DNA of 64,000 bases from the NCBI RefSeq assembly GCF_009914755.1, contig NC_060943.1. One strand, 5' to 3'. This stretch comes from the human T2T-CHM13v2.0 reference genome, Homo sapiens. Made by a program: the position numbers and the translations under genes. A model generated the notes under the pieces. It was not told the origin of the DNA, did not search any database, and saw only the letters and a list, made by a program, of their open reading frames with translations. Below are positions 30,765-47,740 of this stretch, in pieces (within the stretch, counting starts at the first letter, position 1; every line of letters starts with the position of its first letter).

Positions 30765-31485
30765 TGACCAGGCTGGTCTTGAACACCTGGCCTCAAATGA
30801 TCCACTCGCCTTGGTCTCCCAAACTGGTAGGATGACAGGCGTGAGCCACCGCGCCCAGCCTCTTCTATTCTTTTAGAGACAGCGTCTCACTCTGTTGCCC
30901 AGGCTGGAGTGCATTGATGTGATGTGTGATCATAGCTCATTGCAGCCCTGACCATCCGAGCTCAAGCAATCCTTCTGCCTCAGCCTCCTGAGTAGCTGGG
31001 GCCGCAGATGTGCACCACTGCACCTGGCTAATTTTTAACATTTTTTGTGGAGCCAGAGTCTGTATAAAATAAAGTGTAAATAGTACCATAAATAAAGAAT
31101 ACATAGTACCATTTTATAGTAGTATAAAACGGACATTAGAAACTCTGGACTTAAAGTTTAAAAAAATACACAAAAGTAGTTCTCAAGTTCTAGAGACTTG
31201 GAGAATCCAGGAATCAACAATGTCGTGGAACTCCTACAGCCTTTCATAAAGAATGGCCCTCGAGGAAAGTGGAATTGTCAGTGGGCATTGTGTTCGTGCC
31301 TCAGCTAAACACGGCAGGAATTTATTTATAACCTAGTGTAACATCCTCGAGGCACTGTTCAATTAGTCAAGCAATTGTAAAATTCTCCCAGTCTTAGAAA
31401 AGATACAGGTGTGTGTCCCTCTGCTGTGGCTGTGCACTGACGCTTCAGTAAAAGTTGCCGTCTAAAACCACCGGCCTGCCCTTGA

Positions 31486-31632
<147 letters not shown>

Positions 31633-32774
31633 TGAACAGCTGGGATTACAGGCACCCGTCCCCATGCCCGGGTAATTTTTGTATATTTAGTAGAGATGGG
31701 GTTTCACCATGTTGGCCAGGCTGGTCTCGAACTCCTTACCTCAAGTGATCCATCCGCCTCAGCCTCCCAAAGTGCTGGGATTACAGGCGTGAGCCACTGC
31801 GCCCGGCTTCTTGAATTAGTTTCTAGGAGAAGCCAAGAACCCCCCCGGGCTAAGCCTCAATTTTGGGGCTCGCCTGTGCTGCATCAGCTTCACACCTAGA
31901 GAAGAGAGTGAAAGAGAAGGGAGAGCCGTCCTTTTGGGCTGCCTTGAAATAAAGGTTGACCCATGGGTTCATGTATTGTCATTCATTCTCATTTTCTCTT
32001 CCTCTCTTTCTCTCTCTCCCCTGCCCCTTAAGTTAGCTTTTCTACACCCTACCTGGATAAGGATAAGAAATAGAAGGAGGGGACACTTTAGGATGCTACA
32101 AAATAAAATACAACAACAACAACAATAACAGCAGCAGCAACAACAACAACAGCAACAAAAGGGGAAGAAACAAATCTGGCCACTGCACATTCCTCCTTGC
32201 CAACAAAAAGCCGCGGATGCAAAAAGCTGCCCTTCACTGCATAGACAGAAGAGGGCGCGCTCGAGCTATGAATCTCGGAAATTACTCAAGCCATCAGCCT
32301 CTGCAAGAAGCAAAGTGGACGGCCGGGCGCGGCGGCTCACTCCTGGAATCCCAGCACTTTGGGAGCCCGAGGTGGGCGGATCACGAGGTCAGGAGATCGA
32401 GACTGTTCTGGCTAAACCAGTGAAACCCCCTCTCTACTAAAAAAATAACAAAAGCGAAGTGCATCTCCCATAAACGAGGTACTGCAGGAAGAAAGCAGAA
32501 AATGAGACCCGAGTACACACATGCACGCGGGCGTGCGCACACACACACCAGAAGAAATGAACCAAGAGGAAAGGAAATATTTTCAAGTAAGCATTTGGAG
32601 ATGGGAAAAACACCTTGAAACAGAAATTCATAAAGTACACACATGTTTTTTTTTTTAAGTTAAAAGAGGAACAATAATAAACAGGCAGAAAATGAATAAA
32701 AAATAAAATGTCATATCAGAAGTGAAGATAAATTAAAAGTGGTCAAAGGAGAAGAGATCTAAATGCAAACTTAA

Positions 32775-32948
<174 letters not shown>

Positions 32949-34490
32949 TAGAGTCATCATGGAAATTAAACAACCTGCTTCCAAATGACTTTTGGGTAAA
33001 GACTGAAATTAAGGCAGAAATAAAAAAATTATTTGAAACTAATGAAAACAAACATACAACATCCCAGAATCTCTGGGACACAGCTACAACAGTGCTCAGA
33101 GGAAGTTTCTAGTGCTATATGGCTACATTAAGAAGCTAGAAAGATCTCAAATGAACCGCCTAACATCACACCTAGAGGAATTAGAAAAACAAGAGCAAAT
33201 CAACCCCAAAGCTAGCAGAAGAAAAAAAAAAAAACAAAATCAGAGCTGAGCTGAATGAAATTGAGATGTAAAATACCATACAAAAGATCAATGAAACCCA
33301 AAGTTGATTTTTTAAAAAAATTATTTATTTATTATTTATTCCATAAATTATTGGGGTACAGGTGGTATGTGGTTACATAAGCTCTTTAGTGGTGATTTGT
33401 GATTTTGGTGCACCCATCACCTGAGCAGTATACACTACCCCCTATTTGTTGTCTTTTATCCCTCGCCCTCGCCAACTCGTCCCCCTAAGTCCCCAAAGTC
33501 CATTGTATCATTCTTATGCCTTTGTGTCCTCATAGCTTAGGTCCCACATATCAGTGAGAACATACGATGTTTGGTTTTCCATTCCTGAGTTACTTCACTT
33601 AGAATAATACTCTCCGGTCTCATCCAGGTCACTGCAAATGCTGTTAATTCATACAAAGTTGATATTTTTGGAAGCATAAATAACATGGAAAGACCACTAG
33701 CTAGATTAATAAAGAAAAAAAGACAAGATCCAAATAAACACAATCAGAAATGACAGAGGTGACATTACCACTGACCCACAGACATACAAGAAACCCTGAG
33801 ACTATTCCACATGCCTCTATGCACAAAAACTAGAAAACTAGAAGAAATAGATAAATTCCTGGAAACATAAAACCTCTCAAGATTGAACCAGGAAGAAATG
33901 GAAACCCTGAACAAACCAACGATGAGTTCCAAAATTGAGTTAGTCATACAAGACCTACCAACCAGCGCAAAAAACCTTAGACTAGACGGATTCACAGTCG
34001 AATTCTACCAGATGTGTAAAGAAAAGCCGGCACCAATCCTACTGAAATTATTCCACACAATTGAGGAGGAGCAACTGCTCTCTAACTCATTCTATGAGGT
34101 CAGAGTCATTCTGATACCGAAACCTGGCAGAGACACAACGAAAAAAGGAAAATAGGTAAAGTAATACATATGTTAATGATCTTGATTTAGCCATTCTACG
34201 GTATATACATATTTCAAAACAATATGTACATGATAAATATGTACAATTTGTCAATTAAAAATATATAAAAGGAAGAGGAAAAAATTCAAATGGCGTAGAA
34301 TTTGAAAGGAGAAGATACAGAACAAACTCCAGTGTCTTATTATTCAACTATATATACACACGTTCAATGGACCGGGAGCAGTGGCTCAAGCCTGTAATCA
34401 CAGCACTTTGGGAGGTCAAGGCGGGCAGATCACCTGAGGTCGGGAGTTCGAGACCAGCCTGACCAACAGAGAGAAACCCCAGCTCTACTA

Positions 34491-34643
<153 letters not shown>

Positions 34644-35746
34644 TCAGTCTCAAAAAAAAAAAAAAAAAAAAGAAAAAGGATTTAATGAATGAATGATGAG
34701 ACCGTTGGTGACATCTCCCACCTTCTCCCTCTCACTCCACTGCAGCCACACGGGGCTCCTCACTGTTCCCGTAGCAGCAGGCATGTGCCCCCACAGGGCC
34801 TCTGTACTGGCTGTTCCCACTGCCCGAACACCCTCATGCACCATCTGCACTGTCCAATACGGCCGCCTCTGGCCACACATGGCTACTGAGCAGTTGAACA
34901 TGGCTGGTCCAAACCAACATTTCCAAGACGTCGTGTGGTAAAAAAAACAACATAAAATTTTGCAAAAATGTTTCTATTGATTATGTTAAAATTATGATGT
35001 TTTAGGTATATTAGGTTAAATCAGCTATTTTATCAAAATGAATCTCGCCTGTTTGTTTTTGCTTTTTTTTTTTTTTTTGAGATGGAGTCTCGCTCTGTCG
35101 CCCAGGCTAGAGTACAATGGCGTGGTCTCAGCTCACTGCATCACTGCAACCTCTACCTCCCAGGTTCAAGCGATTCTCCTACCTCACCCTCCCAAGTGGC
35201 TGGGATTACAGGCGTGTGCCACCACACCCAGCTAATTTTTGTATTTTTGTAGAGACAGGGTTTCACCATGTTGGCCAGGCTGGTCTCGAACTGCTGACCT
35301 CGTGATCTACCTGCCTCGGCCTCCCAAAGTCCTGGGATTACAGGTGTGGGCCACTGCGCCGGCCATGTTTCTCGACTTCTGCTGGCAAGCATGTTCCAGT
35401 ATTTGCATGGCTCCTAGCCCTCATCTCCATTTCTCTGCACAGATGTTATCTTCCCCATGAGGTCTGCCTTATACATGAGGCGTGTATTATAAAGTGCAAC
35501 TGCCAATTCGCCAACCCCGTTGTTTCTTCTCTCCAGAACACTAGGCACCATCTGATCTCCTATGCCTTTTCCTTATTGTCAGATACTGAACTCTCAGATA
35601 CAGTTCCCCTTCCTCCCTCCAGGGGGCGCCATGGAACGCAGGGCCCTCACTGGCCCTGGGGACTGGGTGACGACAGGGGTGAGCCTCTGGTGATTGGCTC
35701 CCTCACCCTGCGTAAGATCAAAGGGCCTAAATGTCAGCCCCGACAC

Positions 35747-35865
35747 CCGGAGCCATTGTGGCTCCGGCCGGTTGCGCGGGCCCTCGGACCCTCAGAGAGG
35801 CGAGGGTTCGAGGGCACGAGTTCGAGGCCAACCTGGTCCACATGGGTTGAAAAAGAAATTTTTTT
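35747..35865 (+). ncRNA. SNAR-C: snaR gene, B/C-type, GAGCCA 5' variant (unit 7)
   Basis: Starts CCGGAGCCATTGTGGCTCCGG with a C-type body. The A-tract is interrupted by a G (AAAAAGAAA), then T7. Confidence 0.88.
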
Positions 35866-35934
35866 ATCGTTCCCAATATAACAACAAAACATAAAGGGAG
35901 GACGCCTTGATAGGAAGAAATGACATCTTCCTAA

Positions 35935-36138
<204 letters not shown>

Positions 36139-36825
36139 TGACCAGGCTGGTCTTGAACACCTGGCCTCAAATGATCCACTCGCCTTGGTCTCCCAAACTG
36201 GTAGGATGACAGGCGTGAGCCACCGCGCCCAGCCTCTTCTATTCTTTTAGAGACAGCGTCTCACTCTGTTGCCCAGGCTGGAGTGCATTGATGTGATGTG
36301 TGATCATAGCTCATTGCAGCCCTGACCATCCGAGCTCAAGCAATCCTTCTGCCTCAGCCTCCTGAGTAGCTGGGGCCGCAGATGTGCACCACTGCACCTG
36401 GCTAATTTTTAACATTTTTTGTGGAGCCAGAGTCTGTATAAAATAAAGTGTAAATAGTACCATAAATAAAGAATACATAGTACCATTTTATAGTAGTATA
36501 AAACGGACATTAGAAACTCTGGACTTAAAGTTTAAAAAAATACACAAAAGTAGTTCTCAAGTTCTAGAGACTTGGAGAATCCAGGAACCAACAATGTCGT
36601 GGAACTCCTACAGCCTTTCATAAAGAATGGCCCTCGAGGAAAGTGGAATTGTCAGTGGGCATTGTGTTCGTGCCTCAGCTAAACACGGCAGGAATTTATT
36701 TATAACCTAGTGTAACATCCTCGAGGCACTGTTCAATTAGTCAAGCAATTGTAAAATTCTCCCAGTCTTAGAAAAGATACAGGTGTGTGTCCCTCTGCTG
36801 TGGCTGTGCACTGACGCTTCAGTAA

Positions 36826-37011
<186 letters not shown>

Positions 37012-38106
37012 TGAACAGCTGGGATTACAGGCACCCGTCCCCATGCCCGGGTAATTTTTGTATATTTAGTAGAGATGGGGTTTCACCATGTTGGCCAGGC
37101 TGGTCTCGAACTCCTTACCTCAAGTGATCCATCCGCCTCAGCCTCCCAAAGTGCTGGGATTACAGGCGTGAGCCACTGCGCCCGGCTTCTTGAATTAGTT
37201 TCTAGGAGAAGCCAAGAACCCCCCCGGGCTAAGCCTCAATTTTGGGGCTCGCCTGTGCTGCATCAGCTTCACACCTAGAGAAGAGAGTGAAAGAGAAGGG
37301 AGAGCCGTCCTTTTGGGCTGCCTTGAAATAAAGGTTGACCCATGGGTTCATGTATTGTCATTCATTCTCATTTTCTCTTCCTCTCTTTCTCTCTCTCCCC
37401 TGCCCCTTAAGTTAGCTTTTCTAAACCCTACCTGCATAAGGATAAGAAATAGAAGGAGGGGACACTTTAGGATGCTACAAAATAAAATACAACAACAACA
37501 ACAATAACAGCAGCAGCAACAACAACAACAGCAACAAAAGGGGAAGAAACAAATCTGGCCACTGCACATTCCTCCTTGCCAACAAAAAGCCGCGGATGCA
37601 AAAAGCTGCCCTTCACTGCATAGACAGAAGAGGGCGCGCTCGAGCTATGAATCTCGGAAATTACTCAAACCATCAGCCTCTGCAAGAAGCAAAGTGGACG
37701 GCCGGGCGCGGTGGCTCACTCCTGGAATCCCAGCACTTTGGGAGCCCGAGGTGGGCGGATCACGAGGTCAGGAGATCGAGACTGTTCTGGCTAAACCAGT
37801 GAAACCCCCTCTCTACTAAAAAAATAAGAAAAGCGAAGTGCATCTCCCATAAACGAGGTACTGCAGGAAGAAAGCAGAAAATGAGACCCGAGTACACACA
37901 TGCACGCGGGCGCGCGCACACACACACCAGAAGAAATGAACCAAGAGGAAAGGAAACATTTTCAAATAAGCATTTGGAGATGGGAAAAACACCTTGAAAC
38001 AGAAATTCATAAAGCACAGAATTTTTTTTTAAGTTAAAAAAGGAACAATAATAGACAGAAAATGAACGAAAAATTAAATGTCATATCAGAAGTGAAGATA
38101 AATTAA

Positions 38107-38322
<216 letters not shown>

Positions 38323-39724
38323 TAGAGTCATCATGGAAATTAAACAACCTGCTTCCAAATGACTTTTGGGTAAAGACTGAATTTAAGGCAGAAATAAAAA
38401 AATTATTTGAAACTAATGAAAACAAACATACAACATCCCAGAATCTCTGGGACACAGCTAGAACAGTGCTCAAAGGAAGTTTCTAGTGCTATATGGCTAC
38501 ACTAAGAAGCTAGAAAGATCTCAAATGAACCGCCTAACATCACACCTAGAGGAATTAGAAAAACAAGAGCAAATCAACCCCAAAGCTAGCAGAAGAAAAA
38601 AAAAAACCAACATCGGAGCTGACCTGAATGAAATGGAGACGTAAAAAACCATACAAAAGATCAATGAAACCCAAAGTTGATTTTTTAAAAAAATTATTTA
38701 TTTATTATTTATTCCATAAATTATTGGGGTACAGGTGGTGTGTGGTTACATAAGCTCTTTAGTGGTGATTTGTGATTTTGGTGCACCCATCACCTGAGCA
38801 GTATACACTACACCCTACTTGTTGTATTTTATCCCTCGCCCCCGCCAACTCGTCCCCCTAAGTCCCCACAGTCCATTGTATCATTCTTACGCCTTTGCGT
38901 CCTCATAGCTTAGCTCCCACATATCAGTGAGAACATACGATGTTTGGTTTTCCATTCCTGATTTACTTCACTTAGATTAACAGTCTGCGGTCTCATCCAG
39001 GTCACGGCAAATGCTGTTAATTCATACAAAGTTGATATTTTTGAAAGCATAAATAACATGGGAAGACCACTAGCTAGATTAATAAAGAAAAAAAGACAAG
39101 ATCCAAATAAACACAATCAGAAATGACAAAGGTGACATTACCACTGACCCACAGATATACAAGAAACCCTGAGACTATTCCACATGCCTCTATGCACACA
39201 AACTAGAAAACTAGAAGAAATAGAGAAATTCCTGGAAACATAAAACCTCTCAAGATTGAACCAGGAAGAAATGGAAACCCTGAACAAACCAACGATGAGT
39301 TCCAAAATTGAGTTAGTCATACAAAACCTACCAACCAGCACAAAAAACCTTAGACTAGACGGATTCACAGTCGAATCCTACCAGATGTGTAAAGAAAAGG
39401 CGGCACCAATCCTACTGAAATTATTCCACACAATTGAGGAGGAGCAACTGCTCTCTAACTCATTCTATGAGGTCAGAGTCATTCTGATACCGAAACCTGG
39501 CAGAGACACAACGAAAAAAGGAAAATAGGTAAAGTAATACATATGTTAATGATCTTGATTTAGCCATTCTACGGTATATACATATTTCAAAACAATATGT
39601 ACATGATAAATATGTACAATTTGTCAATTAAAAATATATAAAAGGAATAGGAAAAAATTCAAATGGCACAGAATTTGAAAGGAGAAGATACAGAACAAAC
39701 TCCGGTGTCTTCTTTATTCAACTA

Positions 39725-40045
<321 letters not shown>

Positions 40046-41116
40046 TTAATGAATGAATGATGAGACTGTTGGTTACATCTCCCGCCTTCTCCCTCTCACT
40101 CCACTGCAGCCACACGGGGCTCCTCACTGTTCCCGTAGCAGCAGGCATGTGCCCCCACTGGGCCTCTGTACTGGCTGTTCCCACTGCCCGAACACCCTCA
40201 TGCACCATCTGCACTGTCCAATACGGCCGCCTCTGGCCACACATGGCTACTGAGCAGTTGAACATGGCTGGTCCAAACCAACATTTCCAAGACGTCGTAT
40301 GGTAAAAAATAACATAAAATCTTGCAAAAATGTTTCTATTGATTATGTTAAAATTATGATGTTTTAGGTATATTAGGTTAAATCAGCTATTTTATCCAAA
40401 TGAATCTCGCCTGTTTGTTTTTGCTTTTTTTTTTTTTTTTTTTTTTTGAGGTGGAGGCTCGCTCTGTCGCCCAGGCTAGAGTACAATGGCGTGGTCTCGG
40501 CTCACTGCATCACTGCAACCTCTACCTCCCAGGTTCAAGCGATTCTCCTACCTCACCCTCCCAAGTGGCTGGGATTACAGGCGTGTGCCACCACACCCAG
40601 CTAATTTTTGTATTTTTAGTAGAGACAGGGTTTCACCATGTTGGCCAGGCTGGTCTCGAACTGCTGACCTCGTGATCTACCTGCCTCGGCCTCCCAAAGT
40701 CCTGGGATTACAGGTGTGGGCCACTGCGCCGGCCATGTTTCTCGACTTCTGCTGGCAAGCATGTTCCAGTATTTGCATGGCTCCTAGCCCTCATCTCCAT
40801 TTCTCTGCACAGATGTTACCTTCCCCATGAGGTCTGCCTTATACATGAGGCCTGTATTATAAACTGCAACTCCGCATTCCCCAACCCCGTTGTTTCTTCT
40901 CTCCAGAACACTAGGCACCATCTGATCTCCTATGCCTTTTCCTTATTGTCAGATACTGAACTCTCAGATACAGTTCCCCTTCCTCCCTCCAGGGGGCGCC
41001 ATGGAACGCAGGGCCCTCACTGGCCCTGGGGACTGGGTGACGACAGGGGGGAGCCTCTGGTGATTGGCTCCCTCACCCTGCGTAAGATCAAAGGGACTAA
41101 AGGACAGCCCCGACAC

Positions 41117-41238
41117 CCGGAGCCATTGTGGCTCAGGCCGGTTGCGCCTGCCCTCCGGCCCTCACGGAGGCGGGGTTTCCAGGGCACGAGTTCGAAGCCA
41201 GCCTGGTCCACATGGGTCGGAAAAAAGGACTTTTTTTT
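41117..41238 (+). ncRNA. SNAR-A: snaR gene, A-type (unit 8)
   Basis: CCGGAGCCATTGTGGCTCAGGCCGGTTGCGCCTGCCCTCCGGCCCTCACGGAGGCGGGGTTTCCAGGGCACGAGTTCGAAGCCAGCCTGGTCCACATGGGTCGGAAAAAAGGAC followed by T8. The GGTCGGAAAAAAGGAC 3' end matches the recalled snaR-A end. Confidence 0.9.
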
Positions 41239-42229
41239 ATCGTTCCCAATATAACGACAAAACATAAAGGGAGGACGCCTTGATAGGAAGAAATGACATC
41301 TTCCTAAGTGTTTTTAAATTACTTCCATGTGTCTTTTTTTTTTTTTTTTTTGGGAGACCGAGCCTTGCTCTGTTGCCCAGGCTGGATTGCAGTGGTGTGA
41401 TCTTCGCTCACTGCAACCTCCGCCTCGTCGGTTCAAGGGAGTCTCCTATCTAAGCCTCCTGAGTAGCTGGGATTACAGTCGCCTGCCAAGAGATGGGGTT
41501 TCGCCATGTTGACCAGGCTGGTCTTGAACACCTGGCCTCAAATGATCCACTCGCCTTGGTCTCCCAAAGTGGTAGGATGACAGGCGTGAGCCACCGCGCC
41601 CAGCCTCTTCTATTCTTTTAGAGACAGGGTCTCACTGTGTTGCCCAGGCTGGAGTGCATTGATGTGATGTGTGATCATAGCTCATTGCAGCCCTGACCAT
41701 CCGAGCTCAAGCAATCCTTCTGCCTCAGCCTCCTGAGTAGCTGGGGCCGCAGATGTGCACCACTGCACCTGGCTAATTTTTAACATTTTTGTGGAGCCAG
41801 AGTCTGTATAAAATAAAGTGTAAATAGTACCATAAATAAAGAATACATAGTACCATTTTATAGTAGTATAAAACGGACATTAGAAACTCTGAACTTAAAG
41901 GTTAAAAAAATACACAAAAGTAGTTCTCAAGTTCTAGAGACTTGGAGAATCCAGGAATCAACAATGTCGTGGAACTCCTACAGCCTTTCATAAAGAATGG
42001 CCCTCGAGGAAAGTGGAATTGTCAGTGGGCATTGTGTTCGTGCCTCAGCTAAACACGGCAGGAATTTATTTATAACCTAGTGTAACATCCTCGAGGCACT
42101 GTTCAATTAGTCAAGCAATTGTAAAATTCTCCCAGTCTTAGAAAATATACAGGTGTGTGTCCCTCTGCTGTGGCTGTGCACTGAGGCTTCGGTAAAGGTT
42201 GCCGTCTAAAACCACCGGCGTGCCCTTGA

Positions 42230-42361
<132 letters not shown>

Positions 42362-43503
42362 TGAACAGCTGGGATTACAGGCACCCGTCCCCATGCCCGG
42401 GTAATTTTTGTATATTTAGTAGAGATGGGGTTTCACCATGTTGGCCAGGCTGGTCTCGAACTCCTTACCTCAAGTGATCCATCCGCCTCAGCCTCCCAAA
42501 GTGCTGGGATTACAGGCGTGAGCCACTGCGCCCGGCTTCTTGAATTAGTTTCTAGGAGAAGCCAAGAACCCCCCCGGGCTAAGCCTCAATTTTGGGGCTC
42601 GCCTGTGCTGCATCAGCTTCACACCTAGAGAAGAGAGTGAAAGAGAAGGGAGAGCCGTCCTTTTGGGCTGCCTTGAAATAAAGGTTGACCCATGGGTTCA
42701 TGTATTGTCATTCATTCTCATTTTCTCTTCCTCTCTTTCTCTCTCTCCCCTGCCCCTTAAGTTAGCTTTTCTACACCCTACCTGGATAAGGATAAGAAAT
42801 AGAAGGAGGGGACACTTTAGGATGCTACAAAATAAAATACAACAACAACAACAATAACAGCAGCAGCAACAACAACAACAGCAACAAAAGGGGAAGAAAC
42901 AAATCTGGCCACTGCACATTCCTCCTTGCCAACAAAAAGCCGCGGATGCAAAAAGCTGCCCTTCACTGCATAGACAGAAGAGGGCGCGCTCGAGCTATGA
43001 ATCTCGGAAATTACTCAAGCCATCAGCCTCTGCAAGAAGCAAAGTGGACGGCCGGGCGCGGCGGCTCACTCCTGGAATCCCAGCACTTTGGGAGCCCGAG
43101 GTGGGCGGATCACGAGGTCAGGAGATCGAGACTGTTCTGGCTAAACCAGTGAAACCCCCTCTCTACTAAAAAAATAACAAAAGCGAAGTGCATCTCCCAT
43201 AAACGAGGTACTGCAGGAAGAAAGCAGAAAATGAGACCCGAGTACACACATGCACGCGGGCGTGCGCACACACACACCAGAAGAAATGAACCAAGAGGAA
43301 AGGAAATATTTTCAAGTAAGCATTTGGAGATGGGAAAAACACCTTGAAACAGAAATTCATAAAGTACACACATGTTTTTTTTTTTAAGTTAAAAGAGGAA
43401 CAATAATAAACAGGCAGAAAATGAATAAAAAATAAAATGTCATATCAGAAGTGAAGATAAATTAAAAGTGGTCAAAGGAGAAGAGATCTAAATGCAAACT
43501 TAA

Positions 43504-43677
<174 letters not shown>

Positions 43678-45219
43678 TAGAGTCATCATGGAAATTAAAC
43701 AACCTGCTTCCAAATGACTTTTGGGTAAAGACTGAAATTAAGGCAGAAATAAAAAAATTATTTGAAACTAATGAAAACAAACATACAACATCCCAGAATC
43801 TCTGGGACACAGCTACAACAGTGCTCAGAGGAAGTTTCTAGTGCTATATGGCTACATTAAGAAGCTAGAAAGATCTCAAATGAACCGCCTAACATCACAC
43901 CTAGAGGAATTAGAAAAACAAGAGCAAATCAACCCCAAAGCTAGCAGAAGAAAAAAAAAAAAACAAAATCAGAGCTGAGCTGAATGAAATTGAGATGTAA
44001 AATACCATACAAAAGATCAATGAAACCCAAAGTTGATTTTTTAAAAAAATTATTTATTTATTATTTATTCCATAAATTATTGGGGTACAGGTGGTATGTG
44101 GTTACATAAGCTCTTTAGTGGTGATTTGTGATTTTGGTGCACCCATCACCTGAGCAGTATACACTACCCCCTATTTGTTGTCTTTTATCCCTCGCCCTCG
44201 CCAACTCGTCCCCCTAAGTCCCCAAAGTCCATTGTATCATTCTTATGCCTTTGTGTCCTCATAGCTTAGGTCCCACATATCAGTGAGAACATACGATGTT
44301 TGGTTTTCCATTCCTGAGTTACTTCACTTAGAATAATACTCTCCGGTCTCATCCAGGTCACTGCAAATGCTGTTAATTCATACAAAGTTGATATTTTTGG
44401 AAGCATAAATAACATGGAAAGACCACTAGCTAGATTAATAAAGAAAAAAAGACAAGATCCAAATAAACACAATCAGAAATGACAGAGGTGACATTACCAC
44501 TGACCCACAGACATACAAGAAACCCTGAGACTATTCCACATGCCTCTATGCACAAAAACTAGAAAACTAGAAGAAATAGATAAATTCCTGGAAACATAAA
44601 ACCTCTCAAGATTGAACCAGGAAGAAATGGAAACCCTGAACAAACCAACGATGAGTTCCAAAATTGAGTTAGTCATACAAGACCTACCAACCAGCGCAAA
44701 AAACCTTAGACTAGACGGATTCACAGTCGAATTCTACCAGATGTGTAAAGAAAAGCCGGCACCAATCCTACTGAAATTATTCCACACAATTGAGGAGGAG
44801 CAACTGCTCTCTAACTCATTCTATGAGGTCAGAGTCATTCTGATACCGAAACCTGGCAGAGACACAACGAAAAAAGGAAAATAGGTAAAGTAATACATAT
44901 GTTAATGATCTTGATTTAGCCATTCTACGGTATATACATATTTCAAAACAATATGTACATGATAAATATGTACAATTTGTCAATTAAAAATATATAAAAG
45001 GAAGAGGAAAAAATTCAAATGGCGTAGAATTTGAAAGGAGAAGATACAGAACAAACTCCAGTGTCTTATTATTCAACTATATATACACACGTTCAATGGA
45101 CCGGGAGCAGTGGCTCAAGCCTGTAATCACAGCACTTTGGGAGGTCAAGGCGGGCAGATCACCTGAGGTCGGGAGTTCGAGACCAGCCTGACCAACAGAG
45201 AGAAACCCCAGCTCTACTA

Positions 45220-45372
<153 letters not shown>

Positions 45373-46475
45373 TCAGTCTCAAAAAAAAAAAAAAAAAAAA
45401 GAAAAAGGATTTAATGAATGAATGATGAGACCGTTGGTGACATCTCCCACCTTCTCCCTCTCACTCCACTGCAGCCACACGGGGCTCCTCACTGTTCCCG
45501 TAGCAGCAGGCATGTGCCCCCACAGGGCCTCTGTACTGGCTGTTCCCACTGCCCGAACACCCTCATGCACCATCTGCACTGTCCAATACGGCCGCCTCTG
45601 GCCACACATGGCTACTGAGCAGTTGAACATGGCTGGTCCAAACCAACATTTCCAAGACGTCGTGTGGTAAAAAAAACAACATAAAATTTTGCAAAAATGT
45701 TTCTATTGATTATGTTAAAATTATGATGTTTTAGGTATATTAGGTTAAATCAGCTATTTTATCAAAATGAATCTCGCCTGTTTGTTTTTGCTTTTTTTTT
45801 TTTTTTTGAGATGGAGTCTCGCTCTGTCGCCCAGGCTAGAGTACAATGGCGTGGTCTCAGCTCACTGCATCACTGCAACCTCTACCTCCCAGGTTCAAGC
45901 GATTCTCCTACCTCACCCTCCCAAGTGGCTGGGATTACAGGCGTGTGCCACCACACCCAGCTAATTTTTGTATTTTTGTAGAGACAGGGTTTCACCATGT
46001 TGGCCAGGCTGGTCTCGAACTGCTGACCTCGTGATCTACCTGCCTCGGCCTCCCAAAGTCCTGGGATTACAGGTGTGGGCCACTGCGCCGGCCATGTTTC
46101 TCGACTTCTGCTGGCAAGCATGTTCCAGTATTTGCATGGCTCCTAGCCCTCATCTCCATTTCTCTGCACAGATGTTATCTTCCCCATGAGGTCTGCCTTA
46201 TACATGAGGCGTGTATTATAAAGTGCAACTGCCAATTCGCCAACCCCGTTGTTTCTTCTCTCCAGAACACTAGGCACCATCTGATCTCCTATGCCTTTTC
46301 CTTATTGTCAGATACTGAACTCTCAGATACAGTTCCCCTTCCTCCCTCCAGGGGGCGCCATGGAACGCAGGGCCCTCACTGGCCCTGGGGACTGGGTGAC
46401 GACAGGGGTGAGCCTCTGGTGATTGGCTCCCTCACCCTGCGTAAGATCAAAGGGCCTAAATGTCAGCCCCGACAC

Positions 46476-46594
46476 CCGGAGCCATTGTGGCTCCGGCCGG
46501 TTGCGCGGGCCCTCGGACCCTCAGAGAGGCGAGGGTTCGAGGGCACGAGTTCGAGGCCAACCTGGTCCACATGGGTTGAAAAAAAAATTTTTTT
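46476..46594 (+). ncRNA. SNAR-C: snaR gene, B/C-type, GAGCCA 5' variant (unit 9)
   Basis: As unit 7 but with an uninterrupted A9 T7 end. Confidence 0.88.
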
Positions 46595-46663
46595 ATCGTT
46601 CCCAATATAACAACAAAACATAAAGGGAGGACGCCTTGATAGGAAGAAATGACATCTTCCTAA

Positions 46664-46867
<204 letters not shown>

Positions 46868-47554
46868 TGACCAGGCTGGTCTTGAACACCTGGCCTCAAA
46901 TGATCCACTCGCCTTGGTCTCCCAAACTGGTAGGATGACAGGCGTGAGCCACCGCGCCCAGCCTCTTCTATTCTTTTAGAGACAGCGTCTCACTCTGTTG
47001 CCCAGGCTGGAGTGCATTGATGTGATGTGTGATCATAGCTCATTGCAGCCCTGACCATCCGAGCTCAAGCAATCCTTCTGCCTCAGCCTCCTGAGTAGCT
47101 GGGGCCGCAGATGTGCACCACTGCACCTGGCTAATTTTTAACATTTTTTGTGGAGCCAGAGTCTGTATAAAATAAAGTGTAAATAGTACCATAAATAAAG
47201 AATACATAGTACCATTTTATAGTAGTATAAAACGGACATTAGAAACTCTGGACTTAAAGTTTAAAAAAATACACAAAAGTAGTTCTCAAGTTCTAGAGAC
47301 TTGGAGAATCCAGGAACCAACAATGTCGTGGAACTCCTACAGCCTTTCATAAAGAATGGCCCTCGAGGAAAGTGGAATTGTCAGTGGGCATTGTGTTCGT
47401 GCCTCAGCTAAACACGGCAGGAATTTATTTATAACCTAGTGTAACATCCTCGAGGCACTGTTCAATTAGTCAAGCAATTGTAAAATTCTCCCAGTCTTAG
47501 AAAAGATACAGGTGTGTGTCCCTCTGCTGTGGCTGTGCACTGACGCTTCAGTAA

Positions 47555-47740
<186 letters not shown>

